DNA of 30,855 nucleotides, taken from positions 1 through 30,855 of IMG/VR virus record IMGVR_UViG_3300020042_001705; one strand, written 5' to 3'. The translations under genes were made by a program, and so were the position numbers. Shown here piece after piece: positions 1 to 6,297 of this stretch; the stretch's first letter is position 1; each line of letters starts with the position of its first letter. Below the pieces are notes generated by a model that worked only from the letters and a program-made list of their open reading frames with translations, was not told where the DNA came from and made no database searches. The stretch is from a virus. Taxonomy: Duplodnaviria; Caudoviricetes.

Positions 1-170
1 AGTTTGAAGGTGACGAGATCACTTACGTCAAGGCGGCATGGAAGCCAGCAGCGGATGCGACCGAATGGCCGCGTGCCCGCTTGTGGCGCGGTCTGGCTTG
101 TGAGAACATAACGCAGGCAGTCGCCAACGACTTGTTACGGCACGCTTTACGCCAGCTTGATGATGTCGTC
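1..170 (+). repeat. Inverted, diverged copy of the 3' part of the DNA polymerase gene (partner 628..797)
   Basis: + strand translates as FEGDEITYVKAAWKPAADATEWPRARLWRGLACENITQAVANDLLRHALRQLDDVV versus FEGDDITYVK...QLDDVV in PolA. By hand, 18 mismatches in 170 nt, all synonymous except one D>E. Confidence 0.95.
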
Positions 171-437
171 CAACATCATGACCAGGATGTACTCGCAGTT
201 GGCAATACTCGCGCTCGGCTTGCCCTTGAAGCGATCGACAATGAATGACGCCGTGTTGCCGTACCAGCTCTCGCCGTCACGGCGCTTGTGGTTTGGGTAG
301 TAGGCTGGCCACGTGGCCTTGATCGCCCCGTCTGCATGCAATTGAAGCTGCCCATCTTGCAGAATTGGCTTCTGGCGCACGATCAGCGCCGTCTCACCTT
401 CGGGCGCGAGACTGGTGTAAAATTCTAGGAAATCCAT
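147..437 (-). pseudogene. N-terminal fragment of a phage primase (RepB/AEP-like), truncated at the junction with the inverted polA copy
   Basis: ATG at 437 after AAGGA. MDFLEF...WYGNTASF...VMMLDDI resembles primase-polymerase N-termini and lies directly downstream of polA. The reading frame runs into the inverted repeat at 170 and stops at 147. Confidence 0.65.
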
Positions 438-453
438 TGCTGTCCTTGTAGTG

Positions 454-482
454 AAAGAGCCGCCCGGCAAGGCGGCTTTTTT
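454..482. terminator. Intrinsic terminator-like hairpin between polA and primase, possibly bidirectional
   Basis: AGCCGCC-cggcaa-GGCGGCT stem with a T-run on + and CTTT on -. Confidence 0.7.
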
Positions 483-2424
483 ATTTTCCGTAACGACTCA
501 TCGTTTGTACTTCTGCTGATAACGGCAGACCTGCCGCCCACTCAGGCGGCGTACACATCACTTGCTCTAGGATATTGGGCGCATCAGGATCATCAGTTTC
601 TTGGACGATTTCATCGTGACAATGCAGCACGACGTCATCGAGCTGGCGTAAAGCGTGCCGCAGCAAATCGTTGGCGACTGCCTGCGTTATGTTCTCACAA
701 GCCAGACCTCGCCACAAGCGCGCCCGCGGCCATTCGGTTGCGTCGGCTGCTGGCTTCCATGCCGCCTTGACATACGTGATGTCATCACCCTCGAACTTTG
801 CGAACGGGTAGCACAGGATGCGACCGCTGGGTAATGCATACCAAAGGTGCTGACGGTCATACAGGTACGTCACGCGCCCTACTGAGAACTCCCGCCCGGG
901 GTTGCGTAGCGCCCGCGTGTAAGCGTCCTCGAGCTTCGTCCAGTAGCGCACTGCCCACGGGTTTGCACGGCGCCATGCGTCTACAATGCGGCGCGAATCG
1001 GCCTCAGACATGATGACGCCGTAATTGCGACCCATCGCGCTGAATGCGCCAATAGACCCCCCAAAGCCTAGCGACAAAATTGCCACCTTGCCGATCTGAC
1101 GCTGGTCTTTATCAACGCTGTCCTCGGGTACCCGGTAGATCCCGGCGGCTTCACGCTTGTAGATGTCACGGCCGTCCCGGAAGACCTGCAGCACCTCGTC
1201 GGCTTGTGGATCGGCTGACGCCCAAGCGGTGACGCGCGCCTCGACGGCTGACCAGTCTGCTGCAACGAACTGCTTACCGGGCGCAGGGATCAGTGCGGGC
1301 CGGAGCATTCCCTTGAGAACATCTGTAACGCGAACTCCAAATCTTGGGGTGATGCTGTGGCTGCGCACCATAGCGTGCCTAACAGCGTCGGGTTCTTCGG
1401 CGCACTTGCGGGCGAAGTTGTGGACTTGCGCACCATAGCTCGAAGCTCGTCCAGTGGCAGATCCTCCGGCGAATACGAATGCACCTCGTACTCTGCAATC
1501 GTCTTCGTCTGCCAGCTGGCTAAGGCGGCTGAACTTCGCAACTGACGACGCCCAGAGGTCATCCGCGCATTGAATGACGTCCGCAACAGCGGCCGGAATC
1601 TCTTCATGGTTTTCTCCAGCAAGTATAAGTAAATTAGCGCGCACTGTTTTATCAATACTGTACTTCTTTTCGCCGTCCTTGTAGACCTCCATCATCTTGA
1701 GCGCCTGCGGTCCGACGCGCTCCATGACCCAGTCTTTCATCTTCGGGCTGCGCACCGATTCAATCTTGCCTTCGGTCAGCTCCGTCACCAGCTTCTCAAT
1801 CTCTTCCCTTTCGACCGACGCGTAACGGATGGCCGCCTGCGCAAGCGGCAAGTCCAACAGCACGCCCCGGTCGTTGATGCGCTCGTTCACATGATAGTCA
1901 GCCAGCTCCTGCTCGGACAGCGGGCGCATGGCTTTGGAAATCTCGCGCATGGCTCTGACGTCCTGCTCGCAGTAGGCAATCATCTCGGCCATCAGCTCTG
2001 GCGAATTGTTAAACGATCCATCAGCGCGAGGGATGGAAAGTGCACGGATAAGCTGGCTTCCTCGGTGGTCTTTGCGCATGTTGCTGGAGATGGCGCGTCC
2101 GACGTCTTCGAGGCTGCCAGGTAAGCAGTTAGCACGCGCTTGTGTAGCGGTGCAGTAGAACTGCTCGAGTTGAAAGTTACACTGTAGGACATACCAGAAG
2201 ATGAGGCGCTCAAACGCGGCGTTATGTGCGTAGATGGGGCCGGTGTGATCGCGCACGGATTGCGGAAATGGATCAGTGGGCCGCCACGTACTAACGTCAT
2301 CGTCGTCAAACGCGTAGGACATACACAGTACATCTGTACTTGCGTCTTGTGCATAGTTGTAAACCCCTTTAGAGGACAGGTCGCAGCGCGACCGGGTTTC
2401 AAAATCAAGCCAGAGAACGGACAA
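481..2424 (-). CDS. polA: Phage DNA polymerase family A with 3'-5' exonuclease domain
   Basis: Exo motifs DFETRS, AHNAAFE, YCEQD; pol motif A DWSAVEARV, motif B RQIGKVAILSLGFG, motif C HDE; ATGR motif. TTG start after AGGAGG. Confidence 0.95.
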   Translation of the reverse strand: MSVLWLDFETRSRCDLSSKGVYNYAQDASTDVLCMSYAFDDDDVSTWRPTDPFPQSVRDHTGPIYAHNAAFERLIFWYVLQCNFQLEQFYCTATQARANCLPGSLEDVGRAISSNMRKDHRGSQLIRALSIPRADGSFNNSPELMAEMIAYCEQDVRAMREISKAMRPLSEQELADYHVNERINDRGVLLDLPLAQAAIRYASVEREEIEKLVTELTEGKIESVRSPKMKDWVMERVGPQALKMMEVYKDGEKKYSIDKTVRANLLILAGENHEEIPAAVADVIQCADDLWASSVAKFSRLSQLADEDDCRVRGAFVFAGGSATGRASSYGAQVHNFARKCAEEPDAVRHAMVRSHSITPRFGVRVTDVLKGMLRPALIPAPGKQFVAADWSAVEARVTAWASADPQADEVLQVFRDGRDIYKREAAGIYRVPEDSVDKDQRQIGKVAILSLGFGGSIGAFSAMGRNYGVIMSEADSRRIVDAWRRANPWAVRYWTKLEDAYTRALRNPGREFSVGRVTYLYDRQHLWYALPSGRILCYPFAKFEGDDITYVKAAWKPAADATEWPRARLWRGLACENITQAVANDLLRHALRQLDDVVLHCHDEIVQETDDPDAPNILEQVMCTPPEWAAGLPLSAEVQTMSRYGK

Positions 2425-3826
2425 TTCGGCCTCCTATCCATCGAACCACAGGCACCGCCCATGAGTTGCCCAGCGCCTTGTAGCGTGGGCCGTCCGGTGC
2501 GGTAGGCTGCTTGCGCCACGGTATGTTGGTGTAGTTGTCGGGGAAACCTTGCAGGCGCTCGCACTCTACTGCTGTTAAACGACGCACAGCCATGCTGGCA
2601 GCGTGTACAGCGGCGACTTGATTTGTGACTTCGGTTGACTGCGGGCTACGGCTCGGATCGTTAGTTGCAGTTAAAGTCGGAGCTATTGGCTGCGCCAACA
2701 CATTCTGACCGCGGTCTGCACATGGCGAACTGTCATGCCTCGCAGTCAGGCTTCCGGCGATTTCGCCGTACTGGGTAATCGGCTGCGCCACACCATGCAC
2801 CCCTGTCGCGTTCAGCGTGTACATCGGGCCACCTTCAGTAAATCCATCGCCGTTACCTCCGTTATGAGGCTGCCGACCGATAGTGTTTTCGGCAAGGGCA
2901 ATGGGTTGCGCTGGCACGAACATCGGGCAACCAGCATTAACGTGCTGATCTTCTAATCCTTGTTTTGTGCCGAACGTAGTGTCTAATGTGCTGCTTATTT
3001 CGGCTGGCCATTGTTTTACTGGTGCTAAATATGCACCTCTTTGGCTGAATATTTCCTGATTGCTTGATCCAACACCACCGCAATTGGATGATTGATTTAG
3101 GGTTGGGTGGGGGAAGTCTCCATCCCAATGACTACAGCCTTGAGCGCCTGTTCTAGTGCTACTGGCAACACCTTCCCTCTTTTCTCGGCTCGGCGCAGTA
3201 TCCCGGCGCACGCCTTCGAACTCAAAAAGAACCGCTGCGGGATCAAAGTCTGCTCTAGCACTTGCGACAACGAACACACGACGGCGTCGTTGGGCCACTC
3301 CGAAATATTGGGCGTCGAGGACTCGCCACGCGACTGCTCTTTGGGGGCCATCGACAAAACCAGCGTTAGCCCATCTGCCCCCTGGTGCGACGAGTGCATC
3401 ATCTTCGCCGGCAAGCGCTCCCAGAAAGCATCCGAAGGCATTATCTTTGGTGTTAAGGACGCCTGGGACGTTTTCCCAGAAGACGATACAGGGTTGTTCT
3501 CGTTTTGAATCGATGGCATCGGCAATCTCGCAAAAGGTAAGTGTCAGGTTACCGCGCGCGTCATCTAGTGACTGGCGCAAACCGGCAACGGAAAAGGCTT
3601 GGCAGGGCGTACCGCCGCACAACAAGTCAGGCGCTTCAACTTCGCCTGCGCGGATCTTGCTAGGCAACAGCATCATGTCGCCGTGGTTCGGCACGTCAGG
3701 GTAATGGTGCGCTAGTACAGCGCAAGGAAACGGCTCGATTTCAGCAAAGCCAGACGCCTTCCAACCTAACGGCCCCCACGCAACGGAGGCGGCTTCTATG
3801 CCGCTACAAACAGATAGGAATCGCAT
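2405..3826 (-). CDS. DNA (cytosine-5) methyltransferase with an expanded modular variable region
   Basis: Motif I LSVCSGIEAA, IV GGTPCQAFS, VI WENVPG, VIII QRRRRVF, IX RRLTAVECERLQGFPD, X YKALGNSW. Confidence 0.95.
   Translation of the reverse strand: MRFLSVCSGIEAASVAWGPLGWKASGFAEIEPFPCAVLAHHYPDVPNHGDMMLLPSKIRAGEVEAPDLLCGGTPCQAFSVAGLRQSLDDARGNLTLTFCEIADAIDSKREQPCIVFWENVPGVLNTKDNAFGCFLGALAGEDDALVAPGGRWANAGFVDGPQRAVAWRVLDAQYFGVAQRRRRVFVVASARADFDPAAVLFEFEGVRRDTAPSREKREGVASSTRTGAQGCSHWDGDFPHPTLNQSSNCGGVGSSNQEIFSQRGAYLAPVKQWPAEISSTLDTTFGTKQGLEDQHVNAGCPMFVPAQPIALAENTIGRQPHNGGNGDGFTEGGPMYTLNATGVHGVAQPITQYGEIAGSLTARHDSSPCADRGQNVLAQPIAPTLTATNDPSRSPQSTEVTNQVAAVHAASMAVRRLTAVECERLQGFPDNYTNIPWRKQPTAPDGPRYKALGNSWAVPVVRWIGGRIVRSLA
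3097..3519 (-). CDS. Nested +1-frame ORF resembling the beta polypeptide of M.EcoHK31I-type C5 methyltransferases
   Basis: Open from ATG 3519 (or TTG 3525) to TAA 3097, wholly inside the MTase gene. Contains SLSQVLE..IPQRFFLSSKACAGILRRAEKRGKVLPVALEQAL, a motif I recognise from such nested beta subunits. Confidence 0.75.
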   Translation of the reverse strand: MPSIQNENNPVSSSGKTSQASLTPKIMPSDAFWERLPAKMMHSSHQGADGLTLVLSMAPKEQSRGESSTPNISEWPNDAVVCSLSQVLEQTLIPQRFFLSSKACAGILRRAEKRGKVLPVALEQALKAVVIGMETSPTQP

Positions 3827-3845
3827 AATTTTTATTCTGAGAGGG

Positions 3846-3914
3846 TGGCTCCGGTCACCGCCTCATCAGGCCGAACCGACCAAGGAAAACCTGATGATTA
3901 AATGACAGGAGCCA
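3846..3914 (-). ncRNA. Long imperfect hairpin upstream of the methyltransferase (element B)
   Basis: Minus strand stems UGGCUCC/GGAGCCA, GUCAUU/GGUGAC (two U-G pairs that would be C-A mismatches on +) and UCAUCAGG/CCUGAUGA; loop UUUUCCUUGGUCGGUUCGG. Confidence 0.6.
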
Positions 3915-3923
3915 TTGAAAGGT

Positions 3924-4004
3924 GGGGTACTCGCTGCGTCCTTAGCCCCGAACAGTTGCCTTTCGGTTATTACCTAATAGCGCATTCGGCATCCGCTTTC
4001 CCCC
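3924..4004 (-). ncRNA. Structured RNA candidate with a loop-E-like internal loop (element A)
   Basis: Minus strand GGGG-GAAA-GCGGAUGCC...GGACGCAGC-GAGUA-CCCC; inner CCGAAUG/UGUUCGG stem, UAUU-aggu-AAUA hairpin and CC-GAAA-GG GNRA hairpin. Confidence 0.55.
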
Positions 4005-4011
4005 GTGCTAC

Positions 4012-4644
4012 TTACGCCGAACGACGACGACGTGCTGGCGCTTCTTCTTCGGCTGCTGCTTCAACTGGCGCGGCTTCTGCTACTTCGCCATTCATATTAG
4101 CCCAATCAACAATTTCAAACACAGGTGTAAAAATCTTGCCGTACATCTTGTGTTTGTAAGAGTCAGTTTTCAGCTTGACGATCGGTACAGGCTTAGTCTG
4201 GTCTGCTTCGATACGCTGCGCAATCGTGACACCCAGCTCCTGCACGGCGCGCTTGCCACCAGCAGACGTTACAGTGAAACGCACTTCCATGCCCTTGTCA
4301 GGACCGCTGATACATTTCAAGCCCATACCGACTTGCGTCTGCCAACCCTTCTCAGCCCCTGCAGGTGCTTCGCCGGTTACGGGCAATGGCTCCGTGATCG
4401 GTACCATCTTCTCACCCAACACAACAGCGTCGCCCCAAGCAATAAAGCCGTGAACGAACGATGCTGGATTAACTGCCCACAGCGTGTCAGGCTGCACTTC
4501 AGTTTGATTGGCACCAAAGATCCAATCACCACGTTTATCCATCTTCAAGATGACGAAGCCCACAGGGCCCATGTCTTTTTCGAGGGAGCGTAAAGCGGTT
4601 GTAAGCGCCGCAACGTTTGGGAGATTCGCTAGAGCAAATGACAT
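4012..4644 (-). CDS. Putative single-stranded DNA-binding/annealing protein
   Basis: Lies between the DUF2800 nuclease and the MTase/polA. Aromatic-rich beta-type core (FVHGFIAWG, YKHKMYGKIFTPVFEIVDW) and a low-complexity tail. RBS AAAGGAAA. Confidence 0.6.
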   Translation of the reverse strand: MSFALANLPNVAALTTALRSLEKDMGPVGFVILKMDKRGDWIFGANQTEVQPDTLWAVNPASFVHGFIAWGDAVVLGEKMVPITEPLPVTGEAPAGAEKGWQTQVGMGLKCISGPDKGMEVRFTVTSAGGKRAVQELGVTIAQRIEADQTKPVPIVKLKTDSYKHKMYGKIFTPVFEIVDWANMNGEVAEAAPVEAAAEEEAPARRRRSA

Positions 4645-4655
4645 TGTAGTTTCCT

Positions 4656-5777
4656 TTATTGAATTTTAGAAAGAGCGGCCATCAACTGACGACCGATTTG
4701 CAACACCGGTGGACGCGGATCAGAATCCGAGGCCAACGTACTACCCGACGAAACCGATACGACCAACTCCGACGGTAATTCCATTTTAATCTTTTTCAAA
4801 ACTTTCTCAGCCTGCGCTGGCGAAATAACTTCGAGTTCTTTGTACGGCTCAACAAGTGACTTCATTAAAAACTGTTTGGCTTTCTCTTCGTCCACCCACT
4901 GACGACGCGCCTGTTTGGCCACCAGCTTGTAGCCTGGCACCGGGCGATCGTTCTCCAACATCTGGAACGCCAACGCACGCAGGTCTTTGATGTAGTCTTC
5001 CAGCCGATCGGCCTGCTCGAGCTGCATCGCGATTTGCTCTGCTGGCAGGTTTGCCAGTTGCACGCGCAGCGCGCGGTCAGCTTCGCCAGTCATCTGCGGG
5101 CACACCGGCTTGGCTGCGCACCAGCGGCAGTGGTCACCCGTCTGCATGGTAGGCTCTGGCCACGACGACTCACGCACTGCTTTAGCTAACTCGACTTCGA
5201 ACTGCTTGACGCGCTCCGGTGTCGTCACCCAACGTCGCATCATGGGCGGCTGCACGATAACGCACTCGATCTCCTCTACGCCTTCGAAGATCCATTTTGC
5301 TGCGGGGGTTCGCATTGCCGCAGCTGCGTAAAATAAGAGCTGAGGGTTGTTTTCAGCATCCACAAGTACGCCATCGCCAAATTTCCAATCCAGAACGATT
5401 GCGCGTTTATCTTTACGCCCAAGAAGATCAGTGCTACCAAAGACACCAGGCAGAAAATCGCCAAAGGCAACTCGGGTTTCAACCATAATCTCCATTGTCT
5501 TATCTGGATCGATTTCGTCGAGTGCTTCCAAAGCGGGAATAATCTTCTCATCAATTAACTCCTGTGTAAGAACCTGATCTTTGTACTGCGCACCGATGCA
5601 CTGCGCTGGTGGTTTGTCGAACTCGAGCAGTTCGGCAATGACGTTGTGCAGCAGCGTGCCACGGTCAGCGTGTTCGGATGATGGCTTGGGCGGCATCTTG
5701 GCGCACAGGGCAACCGATGCCGGGCAGTTGATGACGCGCTTGGCGGTGGAGCCGCCGACGATATTGGAATGGTTCAC
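4656..5777 (-). CDS. Cas4-like PD-(D/E)XK exonuclease (DUF2800 family)
   Basis: CPAS, GTLLH, GSTD..DWKFG, QLLFYA and C-terminal HCRWCAAKPVC (4-Cys Fe-S type). GTG start at 5777 after GGAG; the ORF-track start at 5834 lies inside the promoter. Confidence 0.85.
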   Translation of the reverse strand: MNHSNIVGGSTAKRVINCPASVALCAKMPPKPSSEHADRGTLLHNVIAELLEFDKPPAQCIGAQYKDQVLTQELIDEKIIPALEALDEIDPDKTMEIMVETRVAFGDFLPGVFGSTDLLGRKDKRAIVLDWKFGDGVLVDAENNPQLLFYAAAAMRTPAAKWIFEGVEEIECVIVQPPMMRRWVTTPERVKQFEVELAKAVRESSWPEPTMQTGDHCRWCAAKPVCPQMTGEADRALRVQLANLPAEQIAMQLEQADRLEDYIKDLRALAFQMLENDRPVPGYKLVAKQARRQWVDEEKAKQFLMKSLVEPYKELEVISPAQAEKVLKKIKMELPSELVVSVSSGSTLASDSDPRPPVLQIGRQLMAALSKIQ

Positions 5778-5805
5778 TTTATCTCCGTGTACTGTTCGAA
5801 CCCCG

Positions 5806-5834
5806 ACTATGCACCGTAAAATAATCCTTGTCAA
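5806..5834 (-). promoter_or_regulatory. Sigma70-type promoter for the leftward replication arm
   Basis: TTGACA (5834-5829), 17 nt spacer, CATAGT (5811-5806), 29 nt upstream of the DUF2800 GTG. Confidence 0.7.
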
Positions 5835-5857
5835 ATACTTTTTTAGGGTGTTATATT
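5828..5857 (+). promoter_or_regulatory. Sigma70-type promoter for the rightward arm (extended -10)
   Basis: TTGTCA (5828-5833), 18 nt spacer, TGn-TATATT (5852-5857), 6 nt before ATG 5864. Confidence 0.6.
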
Positions 5858-5863
5858 TCGGCT

Positions 5864-6133
5864 ATGCGTGAATCAGAAATCGAGAACTATTTTGTTTGGG
5901 CAGTTGAGCGCGCTGGCGGCAAGACCTACAAGTTCAGGTCGATTAGCCAGCGCGGAGTGAGTGACCGCATCGCTTGTATGCCCGATGGCGCCACATGGTT
6001 TGTGGAGTTGAAAGCGGCCAAGGGTCGCTTGTCAGAGATGCAAAAGATATTCCGCAACGATGTGTTGCGATTGAAACAAAACTACGCTTGCTTATGGTCA
6101 AAGGAGATGGTGGATGAGTGGGTCAGTAAATGA
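5864..6133 (+). CDS. VRR-NUC domain nuclease (putative Holliday junction resolvase)
   Basis: MRESEIE...GG..YKF...RGVSDRI..PDG..WFVELK..GRLSEMQ signature, next to a SNF2 helicase. Confidence 0.9.
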   Translation: MRESEIENYFVWAVERAGGKTYKFRSISQRGVSDRIACMPDGATWFVELKAAKGRLSEMQKIFRNDVLRLKQNYACLWSKEMVDEWVSK

Positions 6134-6297
6134 GTAGCCAAACAACGAGAATAAATAGACTCGCAGCTGAACGCGCAGTCGAGCATGAAAAAAACTTGCA
6201 CCGTAAATTACACGACACTTTTTGGGGAAAACGATGCATCTTCGGCCGTATCAAGATGAAGCCGCCGACTTTCTGTACGAGCGCGACCGGGCGATGA
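6130..6297 (+). CDS. Small hypothetical protein (55 aa, not in the ORF track)
   Basis: ATGA overlap with the VRR-NUC stop. MSSQTTRINRLAAERAVEHEKNLHRKLHDTFWGKRCIFGRIKMKPPTFCTSATGR; its 3' end overlaps the helicase start. Confidence 0.4.
   Translation: MSSQTTRINRLAAERAVEHEKNLHRKLHDTFWGKRCIFGRIKMKPPTFCTSATGR

Noticed and set aside
1-797. Diversity-generating retroelement TR/VR pair or terminal inverted repeat
   Set aside because: Mismatches are silent codon changes, not adenine-specific; there is no reverse transcriptase; the repeat is internal to polA and breaks the primase.
1992-2564. 190-aa same-strand alternative-frame ORF across the MTase/polA junction (also 1290..1655 and 7069..7551)
   Set aside because: No recognisable motifs or RBS, and Ser/Thr/Arg-rich composition typical of off-frame reads, unlike the nested ORF at 3097..3519.
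3860-3925. Hammerhead ribozyme suggested by CUGAUGA on both strands
   Set aside because: The two CUGAUGA copies are the arms of one stem. Neither is followed by a properly closed stem II plus GAAA with stems I and III.
3902-4159. 85-aa plus-strand ORF over the intergenic RNA region
   Set aside because: Antisense to the SSB 3' end, low complexity, and the region is better explained by minus-strand RNA structure.
4656-5777. Cas4-like nuclease as evidence of a CRISPR-Cas system
   Set aside because: No repeats/spacers or other cas genes; stand-alone DUF2800 nucleases are ordinary members of this phage replication module.
5790-5810. tRNA T-loop-like GGTTCGAA on the minus strand
   Set aside because: No T-stem, acceptor stem or anticodon arm; it lies in the promoter/leader region.
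6186-6206. A_AAA_AAC slippery site in the 55-aa ORF
   Set aside because: The -1 frame hits TAA at 6204 before reaching the helicase.
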